This document shows, in pieces, positions 24,756 through 36,900 of a stretch of 64,000 nt of DNA. Below the pieces are notes generated by a model that was given only the letters and a program-made list of their open reading frames with translations, did not search any database and had not been told where the DNA came from. This DNA comes from Marsupella aquatica (lineage: Eukaryota; Plantae; Marchantiophyta). Position 1 is the stretch's first letter; each line of letters opens with the position of its first letter. The position numbers and the translations under genes were made by a program. The stretch is taken from contig OZ316897.1 in the NCBI GenBank assembly GCA_973895155.1, forward strand, positions 1,452,515 through 1,516,514. The letters are read 5' to 3'.

Positions 24756-26561
24756 TCAGGGCTGCAACAAAACTTTTAGGCTGCGCATTCCAATGGAGAA
24801 GGTTAATTTCTGATGCATAGCAGGTGGTAGGGCCTTGGTGAGTAGATCAGTTGAGTTCTCTGCACTCGAAATCCATCGCACATCGATTTGGTGTCCATTT
24901 TGTTCATGTGCAAAGAAAAATTTCGGTGCAATGTGCTTTGTTTTGTCGCCTTTGATGAAACCTGCTGCTATCTGTTCGACACAAGGCCGGTTGTCTTCAA
25001 AGATGACAGTAGGCGCAGTTAGTGTATTCGTTCCTGTGCATTCGGCAATATGGTTGATTACATTCCTTAACCAAATGCACTCACGACTCGCTTCATACAG
25101 TGCTATGATTTCAGAATGGTTGGATGACGTCGTCGTTAATGTCTGCTTTGTGCTCTTCCAAGAGATTGCAGTGTTTCCTGTGAGAAAGATGTATCCCGTT
25201 TGTGATTTTGCGTCTGCAGGGTCTGACAAATATCCTGCATCGGCAAACCCGGTTAGTGTGATGCGAGATTGTCGGGGGTAAAAGAGGCCCAGATCAGATG
25301 TACCGTGGAGGTATTTGAAGATCCGTTTGATTCCATTCCAATGCCGAATAGTCGGTTGTGAACTGTGCCTGGCGAGTAGATTGACTGCGAAGGCTATGTC
25401 TGGGCGGGTTTGGTTGGCAACAAACATGAGCGCCCCTATGGCTGACAGGTAAGGTTTCTCTGAACCAAGAAGTGGTTCTATTTCCTCTCTTTTGCGAAAG
25501 ATATCCTTTTCTTTGTCCAACGACCGTAGGTCCATTGGGGATCTTACTGCTTTGCTTGTCGACATGTGGAATTGTTGGAGCATTTTCTTGACGTACGTGG
25601 TCTGGTGGAGTAGTATTCCACTCGGGAGATGCTCAAACTGTAGGCCAAGGCAAAAAGTAGTTTGCCCCATGTCTCGCATTTCGAAAACACGTTTGAGTAT
25701 GTGTATCGTTTCTAGCATAATCTTAGCGGTTCCGAACAGATTAAGATCGTCAACATATATAGCGACGATTATGAGTTCACTGCCCTCGCGTTTGATAAAC
25801 ACGCAGGGAGCTATCTCGCTGTTCTTGAAACCCATAGCTAGCATTTCATCCTTGAATTTGTAGTACCAGGTCCGGCCACTTTGCTTGAGGCCATACAGAG
25901 AACGTAAAACTTGTACAACAAATTTTGTCTTAGCAGGAAGTGCGCCCGTGGCGGGGTGTGCAGATTGCTGAATGAATGCAATTGCTTTTGAAGTCTTCTG
26001 TAGTATGGCATGATCAGTATGCCTGAATGAGTAGTCGTTGTTCTGGCTGACGTTTTCTGTGTTATTCTCCCCCTGACTATGATAATGTACTCTAGATATC
26101 AATTCTGGTGGGGCTTCCATGTGTATCGTTTTATCTAACGTGCCGTAGAAATAAGCTGTGACTATATCCATTTGATGCATGGATAATTGATGGTGGAGTG
26201 CGAACGCAGTTAAATACCGGTACGTAATGACGTCCATGACTGGAGAATAGGTGAGGTCATAGTCTTTGCCGGGAATTTGTGTAAATCCCCTGGCCACTAA
26301 TCGGGCCTTGTATCTCACGATTGTCCCTTTGGAATCTCGTTTCTTTACGAACACCCACTTATATCCCGTAAGGTGTGTCTGTGGAGGGGCCCGAGTGATT
26401 GGTCCGAAGACCTGTCGGGAGATCAGTGAGTCTAGCTCAGATTTGATGGCTCTCTCCCAATGTTCCCAATCTTCTTGTTTCTGGGCTTCTACAATCGTTC
26501 TGGGATCGGGTAAGTCCGCTATGATGTTTTTTGAGATTTGGAAAGCGAATCTATCGTCCAT
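24756..26561 (-). CDS. Copia reverse transcriptase / RNase H
   Basis: YKARLVARGF, SLYGLKQSGR, YVDD, GFADA, IFEDN, TKHI. Separated from the integrase by an in-frame TAA. Confidence 0.95.
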   Translation of the reverse strand: MDDRFAFQISKNIIADLPDPRTIVEAQKQEDWEHWERAIKSELDSLISRQVFGPITRAPPQTHLTGYKWVFVKKRDSKGTIVRYKARLVARGFTQIPGKDYDLTYSPVMDVITYRYLTAFALHHQLSMHQMDIVTAYFYGTLDKTIHMEAPPELISRVHYHSQGENNTENVSQNNDYSFRHTDHAILQKTSKAIAFIQQSAHPATGALPAKTKFVVQVLRSLYGLKQSGRTWYYKFKDEMLAMGFKNSEIAPCVFIKREGSELIIVAIYVDDLNLFGTAKIMLETIHILKRVFEMRDMGQTTFCLGLQFEHLPSGILLHQTTYVKKMLQQFHMSTSKAVRSPMDLRSLDKEKDIFRKREEIEPLLGSEKPYLSAIGALMFVANQTRPDIAFAVNLLARHSSQPTIRHWNGIKRIFKYLHGTSDLGLFYPRQSRITLTGFADAGYLSDPADAKSQTGYIFLTGNTAISWKSTKQTLTTTSSNHSEIIALYEASRECIWLRNVINHIAECTGTNTLTAPTVIFEDNRPCVEQIAAGFIKGDKTKHIAPKFFFAHEQNGHQIDVRWISSAENSTDLLTKALPPAMHQKLTFSIGMRSLKVLLQP

Positions 26562-26624
26562 CTTTAAAGTAGATCGATCCCAGATGTGTTCGGTTTTATT
26601 ATAATGTATGGAGATTTCCTCTCC

Positions 26625-27997
26625 TTATTCTAATGATGGTGGCTGGAGTATGGCATTATTGACTGCAAGAATGGTGGGTTTTCTTTGGCGCGGGCGTTTG
26701 TCAGTGGAACCGAGTGGCCTGCCTCGTTTCTGCCTTGGGACTACCTCGGCTGATGGCTGTCCATCGGTCTCAATTCTCGAAGGGGTATTGGCGGCTGGTA
26801 CGTGCGATCGGGTGACCTGGGCTACATCCGCGAAGGAATCTGGGAGGTCTCCAAGTACCTTGGTAAGGTGGAGGATCCTTTGTACCTCGCGATCCGCTAG
26901 TGGGGTCCGAGGGTCATTCCAAAATTTGGAGTCAATCTGCCATTTTAATTGTTGGTTGTTCGTATTCTCGAGGTTTTGTGTGGTTCCCAGTTTAGGGAAT
27001 ACTGACTCATAGAAATGGCAATCTGCCATTCGTGCCTTATAAAGATCTGTCGTGGTCGGGTCGAGATATCGTATGATGGACGGTGAGTCCAAACCAACAT
27101 AAACGCCTTTCTGGCGTTGTGGACCAAGTTTGGTTCGTTTGGGACCCATGATCGGAACGAGGACTTCGCAGCCAAAGGTGCGAAAGTGTGATAAGTTGGG
27201 ATTGGATCCGAAGGCTAAACTATGAGGAGATGCATCGTTAAATGCGGAGGGGCGATATTGTAGTAGAGTTGCTGCGTGAAGGACTGCGTGTCCCCAGGCT
27301 GTTTGTGGAAGGTTGGTCTGCATGAGGAGTGGCCTCGCTACGGTTTGTATACGCTTAATCAATGATTCGGCCATCCCGTTTTGAAAGTGAACGTAGGGGA
27401 CTGGGTACTCTAAGTCAATTCCAGCAGTCATGCAAAAATCTTCGAATGTTTTTGATGTAAATTCACCAGCGTTATCTACTTGAAGAGTTCTAATGGGATG
27501 CTCCGGGAACTGTGTCTTAAGTTTAAGTATATGGGCAAGGAGTCTGGAGAATACTAAATTTTGGGTGGAAAGGAGTGAAATTTGAGACCATTTCGAGGAG
27601 GCATCTACTATGGCCAGAAAGAATCGGAAGGGGCCACTGGGGGGTCCACCGGTCCACATACGTCTGCATGAATTCTTTCTAGGAACTTGGGTATCCTTTT
27701 GTCAGTCTTCGTTGGGGATGGGCGAAGGACTAGCTTCCCTTGCGAGCAAGGTAAGCATGGTTCTTTCAATGAGGCTGGGTGCACTGAGGCGGGGATGCCT
27801 CGAGAATCTTTGAGGATCCTCTGGAACATTCGTAGGCCTGGGTGGCCGAGACGTCGATGCCATAGTTCTGTGGTGCTAATCAGTTGGGATATTACGTGGT
27901 AATTGTCTATTTTTGTTATATAAAAGCCTAATGGGAACGCCTTTAATGTTTCTTTGATCGTAGTTCCTGATGCAGTGGTCTCTAGTATATTCAACAC
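26625..27997 (-). pseudogene. Copia integrase (frameshifted)
   Basis: WHRRLGHP...C..C..GK zinc finger; VDNAGEF; QNGMAE. Frameshift near 27640. Confidence 0.92.
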
Positions 27998-28059
27998 CTC
28001 TTGGCCACTAATAGTGTTTGTCTGGATGTGGAATCCGTTCTCTCGGATATCCTTGAAAC

Positions 28060-29322
28060 TTAGTAAGTTTCTTGTGGCTCGGGGGCATAGATTGCAGAGC
28101 GTATGTGTATGGTTGTTTTCTGTGGTAAGATTACCATCGCAGGGCCATTTCCCTCTTCTAATTGATGGTTGCCTAGGATAGTCGTGACACTTCTATCGGA
28201 TGGATCAATGTATTTGAAATGTTTGCGCTCCCTGAGGATGGAGTGGGAAGTCCCACTGTCGACTATGCAACAAGTAGGATCATCTAATGGATTATGTGCA
28301 TCTGAAATAGGAGCTAAGTGTATTTCTGGTCTTATCTCAGTGGAATCAAGAAATGCCCCATGTGATTCTCGTGCGCCTTCGCCGATACTGGCTTTATAGA
28401 GCGCGACCAGATGTGCAGGTGCTCTACATTGTTTCTGGACATGACCTTTCGTTCCACATCTGTAATAGGTCATGGCTTCTTCTGGTTTCTGTGGGTGGCT
28501 GCGAGGATTTGATCTGACTTGCTGTGGCTGTTTCCAGGTATTGCTATTGTAGGTGTTTCGTGAACGGCCGCGGCCCCTGCCTGATGCGCGAAATTGGCCT
28601 CGACCGTCACTCCTAAAATCGCCCCATCGGCCTCTAGAGGTATTTCTACCCCGTCCGTTGCCACGCCCTCTGTAGGAACTTCTGGGGTCAGTGCGTGGAT
28701 TATTAAAATGGGTCTCCGTGTGGGGTTGGGGTGGTAAGGTACCCGGAGGCCTCTGCTTGGTGTTTTCCAGCAAAAGTATCTGGTGCTTTTCGGCAAGCAG
28801 CATATGGGCTATGAGCTCCGAGTATTTGGTAAAGTTCATGTTTCGGTATTGTGTTGAAATGACCATGTTCGTAGAATGGAGTGTAGAAAGAGTTTTTTCG
28901 ATCTGTTCCTGATCATTCACCGGTTTTTGACAGACTACGAGTTGGGAGGTAATGCAGAACAGCTCACTATTGTAAGCTGCGATGGTTTTGTGATCTTGCA
29001 CCCTCAGATTGATCCAATCGTGTAGGGCCGCCGGGAGGAAGATTGTTCGGGTATGGTCAAATCTAGAAAGGAGTGCTTCCCACAATCGGCGTGGGTTGAG
29101 CTCGTTTAGATATTGAAGCTTTAGTGGTTCAGTCAAATGTCGCCTGATTAAGATCAGCGCTTGAGCTTGCTCCTGTAAAGTAGATCCTGTGTCGAAGGTG
29201 ATCGTGTCTGCAATGTCTTTGGATGTCAAGTATGCCTCTATGTCCAATTGCCAAGAAAGATAGTTGGCGCCATCAATACTTAATGGCTGGAAATATAACT
29301 TTTCCATGGCTGCCGGAGGCAT
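28060..29322 (-). CDS. Copia gag plus aspartic protease
   Basis: NYLSW.LD.E, degenerate zinc knuckle (YRCGTKGHVQKQC), VDSGTSH protease motif. Confidence 0.92.
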   Translation of the reverse strand: MPPAAMEKLYFQPLSIDGANYLSWQLDIEAYLTSKDIADTITFDTGSTLQEQAQALILIRRHLTEPLKLQYLNELNPRRLWEALLSRFDHTRTIFLPAALHDWINLRVQDHKTIAAYNSELFCITSQLVVCQKPVNDQEQIEKTLSTLHSTNMVISTQYRNMNFTKYSELIAHMLLAEKHQILLLENTKQRPPGTLPPQPHTETHFNNPRTDPRSSYRGRGNGRGRNTSRGRWGDFRSDGRGQFRASGRGRGRSRNTYNSNTWKQPQQVRSNPRSHPQKPEEAMTYYRCGTKGHVQKQCRAPAHLVALYKASIGEGARESHGAFLDSTEIRPEIHLAPISDAHNPLDDPTCCIVDSGTSHSILRERKHFKYIDPSDRSVTTILGNHQLEEGNGPAMVILPQKTTIHIRSAIYAPEPQETY

Positions 29323-29746
29323 GATTACTATGATTATATGTAGTATGCGTTTCAGTGGCGGAAATACAATTTGTCTAGATTGATGAATTCACAAATTGAT
29401 GACATGAATAAATGGAATGTGAAGAGCTTTCGTAATTGGAGGTGTTAGCTGGAGTGGTCGATTGTAATTTGCGTTGGTTGCTGCACTCCAGCCTCTCGCT
29501 TTGTCTGATTGTCCGATCGCGTTGTGCACGGCTGCTTGCACGCTCGCCTTGCCTCTGTTCGTAGTCTTGAAAACTTCACGCGGCGAGTATATTGCGTGCG
29601 CGTTGGACGTTCATGAGACGCAACACTTCGTGCAAAACCTTCACGCGGTGACTAAAGATCGGACAAGTGTGAGCGTGGTTCGTAGAAGGGCGGAGGAAAA
29701 AAAAATTTAAAGGAAAAAAACCAGAGCACTACTCGTGCTGATAACG

Positions 29747-29916
29747 TGTTGGACCATGACAAGATGGAAAAAGATCTCGTGTATACTCCCAAGGAGAAGA
29801 ATAAGTACATGCGGCTTGAAGGCCGTTGCCCTGAGGCAGTTATCCTAACTGGGTTAGGTAGAACTCTAGTTAGGCAAGTAGAACTATGGTAAGTAGGTTT
29901 AACCTGGGTTACAACA
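29747..29916 (-). repeat. Copia 5' LTR
   Basis: Adjacent to the PBS; flanked by TSD AGTAC at 29917-29921. Confidence 0.95.
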
Positions 29917-32900
29917 AGTACATTATTATTGCTAAATTATGAAACAAAAGAGATCCAAATGCAATCGCAATGGTCGCGGATCCACAAATACTTTGCGAGA
30001 CAAATAGTATCTGAAAGAGTTGCAAATTCAATCCGATCTCAAACAAATTGCGAGGTATTTAGCTTCGCAACATTATGTTGCAAACCTTTGAGCATGGTTT
30101 ATTGTGATGCGTGTTTGATCACAAAATATCTGAAGTCGATGACATCGCAAGACCATCCCGGCGTAAAAAAAACTTTGCACAAGGGGCCAATATGTAGTAG
30201 TGGTTATTGTTGGGTCCGATTGTGCCCATCAGAGTTTCCTGAACCATTCTTTAGGTCTATGAGGGCTTTTCTCTAGGGTTTCGAGATCTAGAAACTCCTT
30301 CTCAGGAATCTAAGCAGCCGTATCTTTTCTTGATTTTGTGCTCGATCTTTGTGATTCCTTGTTTTCATGTTTGCTTCATTGAAATTGGAGCTCACTGTTC
30401 TCTTCATGGTCTACTACTGCACTATCTAAATTTTCTGTAGTCCATTTGTTATAAAGTTTGCACCTCAAGTGTCTGTGGAATCTCTCTGGTTTCAAGGGGA
30501 TTATGCTAACCGTGCCTTTCAACTTTCAATGGAAAAGTGAGCTGACCTATAGCCTACATCGTGCGCCTATAGTCATACACCCTACAAGCAAACTTTGTAA
30601 GTTTTTCTCGTACTATGAGAATACTGCTCTGTATCAATTGTATGATTGTGCGAAGAGCATTTTTGGAATGGAATGATCCACCAAATTAAAAGTGATTGGA
30701 TGGTTGAAAGTCTACCTTCCTGCGCTACATCTCTATGATGCACCACATAGGGTTCACTCAAACCTGTAGTTGTCATCCTGCTCTTTTTTATGATTATCCT
30801 CAAGTCCAATGGAAAAGGGAGGGCTATTGTTCTTCTCGGGCTATCCTATCGGGAATCCTAATTGGAAATCTATGATCCATGCAATTGATCAAAATCTACT
30901 ATTGACAGGTTTAAGACCAATTTCAGCCTCGACGCAATGAACCTCAATCTCCTTGTTGTACGCTTTATATATCTAATATATCCTTTTGTGGTTTTAACTT
31001 TACGACTAGCTTCCATTCGCTCCCGTTGAATTATTTGCTCCCGTTGAATTCCAGTAGATCCTTAGTGGAAATTTGTCTAACGTGTGGACAATCAAATCTC
31101 TGTGTTTCCTCACACCTCCAGTGTTTGAACTTCCTATCCGTTTGATCGGTGTTGCTGCTCGGGGTGCTGCTCCCTCAATGGATGAGAGTGCTAATATTTC
31201 TGACTATGCAGTGCTATCTGGACTGCATTTGAGCTATCTCCAACAGTCCTCAAATTATTTTTGACTCGGAGTCCAGCCCTGAATATAAGTTGAACTTGCA
31301 CATCAGTGTCACTTATTCGAGATTACGTACCTAGTGCGTTAGTTAGTGTCAAAAGTCAGTGTCTTCAAATTAAATGGCTTGGAAACTTAAGAACCTGGCA
31401 AGGTATTCCCAATACAGTATCTAATGACGTAGACTCATATTTCAAAAAGTTGTTGTTGATTGTTTCCGAAGCAACTTCATTCATAAGTGAATGAAATTAA
31501 ACATTGCTTGAAACGGTGCTGGAATACTTTGTCATTGGAGTGACATAATTGAACTTCATTTAACACCAGTTGACCAGCTCGGCTATACTTGTTGCACAAC
31601 ACTTACCTAGGTGCACAGTTTCCGCCATCAGCTATTAATTTTGAATTGATAGCAGCCGTGGATAGTCCTTGTGAGAGGTTGTTAGCTTTCCAATGAACCA
31701 TGTGCGACAGACTTAGCAGAATTGCAGAAAGAGTACATATATTACCCGCAATGGAAGAGGATTTGCCGCTCATTACAGTTAGTTTGGGATCGATCAAGGA
31801 AATGACAAATGGTCACGGAGGGTTCAATCAGTAGTGCTTACTTACGCATACATAAGGCCTTTCCAATTACTTGCAGCAGGCAAGGGTTTACTGCTTGTGA
31901 AAGGGTTCATGTAATTGTTTGTGCTACTTACTTAAGTTCTCTTCAGAGCACCGTCTTCACGCCCAATTGGGATCAGAGCACTCTCTGGTCAATCATTTGT
32001 GTTTGTTGCCCAGGTAAACAGCTAGTGACTGTAGCTACTGAATATCTTTATACAGTAGAGTTAGAATTTTTTCTCGCTCAATAGAGTGGCCGGCTCCATA
32101 GAAATTGTCAACCAGGATATATTGCAGCAGTGGGAACATCAGAGAACATTAGACAGCGGCATGCCGTCTGGGAAAACATCTCTTCTCCTTTAGTGAGCAC
32201 CTATCCTATACAGTCAAGTGCATTCCGGCGACCGTCCACTTTAGCAACCTGCTCAACTTCCTGTTGGAAGCCATTGCTGGGAAGGAGAACAAAATCATGT
32301 CATACGGTCCAAAAAGAGTATTGCTTGGGACCTTCAAATTGGCAAACACGCTATAAATCCTGATCGCTTTTCTGTCATCAAACTGTTTGTTTGGGGAGCA
32401 GGTTAATGAATATGCACTAGAGGTTTGCATATATGCGGTTTGAATATCGCACCTACACTAGAGAAAGACAACAGAATATGGTTGAGCTAAGATTTGGCAT
32501 ACACCTTTGTGACAGGTAGCTGCACTAGGGGATGACAACAAAACGTGGTTGAAGCTAAGGCTTGACATACACCTATATTATAGGTATTTGCATGTGTATC
32601 AGTCAAGGGATGCTATATCTTGCAGTTTGAGTTTCCTGTGGTCAACAATACATTGACTAGGGCTTTGAAGAAGGGCTCTCTGCTAAGGAAGAGAGAGGAA
32701 GTGTCCATGGCAGTGTACTCACAACCATTGCAATAGGCATTAATTTTCTATGCCTTTTATATCCCGTTCAATCCATCCTTGGTTGTGTGGTCTATGGAAA
32801 ATAACCTAACCTTTTTTGGGTATCATGTTTCTAAGTTTTTTGTGTTATCCACTTGCAGATTGTGGACAACCTTGAAAGTTGGAACTTTATGAGAGTAAAT

Positions 32901-33010
32901 AGACCTTTTGCTACGAGGCACATTTACTCTTCTCCTTCATACAAACAGCGCCAAGAAAGTAAGTATATCATGAGCCCCCGTTGGCAAAGAAAGTCTTGTC
33001 CTTGAAATAA

Positions 33011-33350
33011 CAAAATACATGTTTGAAAAAATTCTAAGACTTAGTTACAAATCAAGGCATTGTGGTACACACATCCGAAAGGGTCGGTGTACTGTTTGAC
33101 CTTAGTTGTAAATTTACAAACCTAAAAAAAATATGTTTGAAAAAACTATGAAAAGTTACAAATTAAGGCATTTCGGTACACACATCCAAAAGGGTCGGTG
33201 TACTGTTTGACCCGAGTTGTAACTTTACAAACCTAAAAATATATGTTTGAATTTTTTTTAAAAGTTACAAATTAAAGCATTCTTGTACACACACATTTGT
33301 AAGAGTTGGCGTCTTGTTTGACCCAAGTTGTAACTTTATGAACTTAATAA
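33011..33350 (+). repeat. Three tandem ~110-116-bp units in a probable intron
   Basis: Unit contains ATGTTTG...GTTACAAAT...GTACACACAT...TGTTTGACC..AGTTGTAA. Lies between GTAAGT (~32960) and TTGTAG (33367). Confidence 0.85.
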
Positions 33351-33367
33351 TTTTTGTTTTCTTGTAG

Positions 33368-34765
33368 ATGGTCAAACAAAAAACAACTCACCTGATTGAA
33401 AATAAATGTGAAGCATGGGGAGATGATTTTTCTGTTAATTTATTTGTTCAAATTTGGGTATACTTGAGCAAATTGCACCTTGGAAAAGAAAGGTTTGCAC
33501 TGTCTTGGATTCTAAGAGACGAAAAAGTTCTTGTACTTTTTGTTACAAAAGTACTCAATATCACGCTCAATAGATCCTCAAAGTTTTCCAAAGCTATATT
33601 TTGGAATGGGTTTAAAAATTGCAAGGAAAGACAAAATGAAGTTCCTGTGTTCTGTCCGGATACACGGAAAGAAATTGATGAAATGTTTTCCAATCATCAA
33701 TGTAGGTTGAACTTACCAAAACCCATACGTCAGTTCATTGGAATATTTTCTCACTATACTCAAAGAAAACTTCAAACTATGAGAAAAGTTCAAGAAACCT
33801 CTTGTGCTACAAGTAGTTTTTTTTCTAAAGTAGAAGTAACTGTCCACCGTATCTCTTCCTCTCGTGTTGCACATTACAAAGGGTGCATCCTTGGAACATG
33901 GAATGGTAAGAAGACTAGTTCTTCCTCTGCTAATGTTCGGTTTATATTTAGGGACTTCCCTAATGATTTTGTGGTTATGGACAAAACCCATAACTGTACA
34001 TATTTTTACGATAGGTCAGGATCCAAGCCTTATCTTATAGCAGTGGTTGTAGGCCATCAAAAACTATAATGTGAAACTATGAGTTTGATTTGAAGTTTAT
34101 TAGTTTCCTTATTTGATTCACATTACGAGATTAAAAGGGGAAAAAACAAGGCATCATTCGAGAGTTACATGACAGGATTTGGTCCTTTTGATAATCCATA
34201 CAAGTCCAAAAGAGTATCTTTTTATACTCACAAAACAAAAATCAGACATCTCTTAACAGACTGTGCACAATCCATGACTTCCGCTTTTGAGGATTTAGTT
34301 GATAAGTACTCTCATCTTGAGCTTGTCAACATCATTTTGGCTCTTTATATGTGGTGGTGCCCTAGAGTGTTGGAAAGTTATTTCAAATACTCCCACCCAT
34401 ATCTTGCTCCTGAAGACCACGATATGTCATTTTTTGAGAAAGAATTGGAAAGTAAAGGGCCAAGCCCTTATCAACTATACATCAGCAAAGATTTCTACAC
34501 CAAAATGCACGAAGATGAAGACATGGCAGAGTTTACATTATGTTATGCTAGTCATCTAGATTCAACAATTTTGCCAATTGATTTTGTGATTCCTGAATAT
34601 GGAATGTGTCTGGGAATTGAAGATGGCAACCTCTTTGCTTTCCGTAGTGATGTTGTACATGGCACAACATACATGAGCTCAACTAGTAATGCCGCTTATG
34701 TAGGTGCTCTTACGATAAATAAAAAATTGGATAGATTGTTACAAAGGAATCATAGAAATACTTAA
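33368..34765 (+). pseudogene. TET/JBP-like Fe(II) dioxygenase with two premature stops
   Basis: ORFs 33368-34069 and 34169-34765 are in one frame, broken by TAA (34067) and TGA (34091). C-terminal motifs KMHEDED...FVIPEYG..L....GNLFAFRSDVVHGT give an HxD...H metal triad. Confidence 0.7.
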
Positions 34766-35856
34766 ATTTGTTAGATTGTACATCCACTTATAAAACTTTC
34801 AAAAATGATTTCTTTGTAGTCTCTAGTAGTGATCATAAAAACTTAACATTGCTAGACCTTTACAAATGATTAAAAACATTTTTTCAGTCTATTTTGCACT
34901 ACATTTTTGACAACTTCTATTCTCAACTATTTGATAAACATCCCAAAGCTCTTCCAAAAGTTCCATACGAGCCTCTTCTTCCTCGAATGTTGGCTTGAAA
35001 AACATTTTCAGCAACCGATCATATTTCCATCGATACATGGATTTTCCTTCACAACCTCCGCTGACTAGCCCACTACGATGAATTCTTGGATTGTCTATGC
35101 ATTCAGTTTGAGTACTAGTATTCATGCTGTAAACAGTCATAACACTACTGTCACATGAACTGCAACCAGACTCTTCACCTGAAACACATTTAAATTAACA
35201 ATCCTATCAAATTCACAGTATTACTCAAAATGCAGTAATCTAGATTGTCTCACAAAGATATACTTGTCATAGTGACTATTCACTCAGGCCCGGGGTCCTC
35301 ACTTCTTTTCTTCCGACCCATCATGCGCGAATAAGTATAGGGTTTTTTTATTGGCTTTAGTGAAATACTTTTAAATTTTTGTTTAAGAAGATTAGGGTTA
35401 TTTTAATCCAATTTTGAGAATTATAAGAATCATAGGGTTTTTTATTATCAAATATGGGAATATTCTTGGAATATTCCATTAATTTAGGGGTAAAAAAAGT
35501 CATAAAAAAAACTTTATTGACTTAACTTTTAGGGTGTTTATTCCCCCAAAACTTTGAGCGTGATATGGGACACCCCTTGGATTGAGGCCCCCGAGCACTC
35601 AGGCAATTACTTTTTCTGTCACCGAATCAGTCATGTACTTAAAAGGTAGTACAATATAGCATGGTGAAATGTTTTGTGTGTGCTGATCTTTACAAATTAA
35701 AGTAGCAAATAGTCTCACGCTTATGATAGCATCCACATAACACTACATGTAGTTAAAACGTATGTGTTCTATGTACATTTACGTTTTCTTGGAGATACTT
35801 CTATCTTAATACTTCCAGGAAAGCTAGAAGTAGCACCATCATCAAACAAAGAATGC

Positions 35857-36616
35857 TTAGGAATATATATCTCGTAATCCACCTGCATCTCGTTTGTTGT
35901 TCATTTGAGCAATGACTTTCCCTGCCTGGTTTGCTGTCAAATTGACCAAAATGTCCACAGGTACTTTGAATGAATGACGTAGCTGTCTCAACTGATCTAT
36001 TGCTTCTCCTCTTGTATGACATTTCAGTAATTTCATGCGCTCTTTCCTTGTCAGTGTTTCATTATCAAATGAAACATGTTTGTAACGTAGACATTCTTTT
36101 ACAATGCCTGCACACAAGTCCAGATGTACATAAGAATCACACAATATATAATCTAGTATAAAAAGAATTTGCCGTGTATATATAGCTAAACAATTTAGAA
36201 AGTAAGATTCATACCAGATGTCGGATACTCTCCATGCATATCCAAAAACATTTGTTGTCATTCCTTTTTAGCATCAATGAGAAGACTCATGCCCTTCACA
36301 CTTATACCACCTTCCCACTCTGTCATCTCTATCCCCAATGAATCTGCATAGCTAATTTGTTTTGGTGTAGGCTCCTTCATTGGTTCCTCCCCTTTATCTT
36401 CTGTGTCTTCATCCTTGATATCAACAAGGATCATTCGTAAAAACTCTTTGGCTGTCGGGGTTCCGTGTTCTGTTGCCGTTGCTCTTACTTTCACTTCAGG
36501 CGACAATTCAGATCCCAAGTTGACTGGAGATTGTTGTGTACCATTTCCGTAATTGGAAAAAACATTCTCAGTTGCTTTCAAGTTCTCTATGTTGTGCAAG
36601 TTCCTCTTCGGTGCCA
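35857..36616 (-). pseudogene. Hypothetical protein, two ORFs probably joined across a frameshift
   Basis: MAPKRN... ORF ends in an A-run where the next ORF begins. No recognisable domain. Confidence 0.35.
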
Positions 36617-36658
36617 TTTCAAAAGATCTGCACATGTCATTCCCCAACTTACTACATC

Positions 36659-36900
36659 TCATTCTCTGTAGACAGTAAAATCCACAGGAGATAACTTACC
36701 CACAAATTTTAAATTCTTCCTGTTTGTAACACGACTTAACATCACATATGTTAGACCAGGAGCAAACGCTTCAGTTAGCACAACCAGAACTTTTCCAGTT
36801 AAAGTACATCCTTGTGATTTATGTCCCGTAATCAAATATCCTAACATTAGTGGAAATGTTGACTTCTGGTAACTAATCATGTTCTTGATTCTTTTGTATT
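36659..36900 (-). pseudogene. PIF1-family (SF1B) helicase C-terminal fragment, Helitron-type
   Basis: FPLMLGYLITGHKSQG (motif V) and GLTYVMLSRV (motif VI). Confidence 0.85.

Larger units (their letters stand above)
24041..29916 (-). mobile_element. Full-length Ty1/Copia LTR retrotransposon, Bianca-like
   Basis: 170-bp TG...CA LTRs, TSD AGTAC, polypurine tract next to the left LTR, PBS CGTTATCAGCACGA, domain order gag-PR-INT-RT-RH. Confidence 0.96.
12073..30202 (+). mobile_element. CACTA/En-Spm transposon 1 with nested solo LTR and Copia
   Basis: CACTAG at 12073 and TAGTG ending at 30202. Dense TCGCA/TGCGA subterminal repeats at both ends. Tnp2 transposase inside. TIR match beyond CACTA is poor and the 3-bp flanks differ (CAT vs GTT), so pairing of the ends is uncertain. 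Confidence 0.7.

Noticed and set aside
12073-30202. Perfectly intact CACTA with matched TIRs and TSD
   Set aside because: Termini agree only over CACTA, the flanking triplets differ, and the left-flank gene does not resume on the right.
30203-32900. Possible host gene remnants (also 48420-52500 and 10440-11300)
   Set aside because: Only short ORFs with no recognisable motifs, so no call can be supported.
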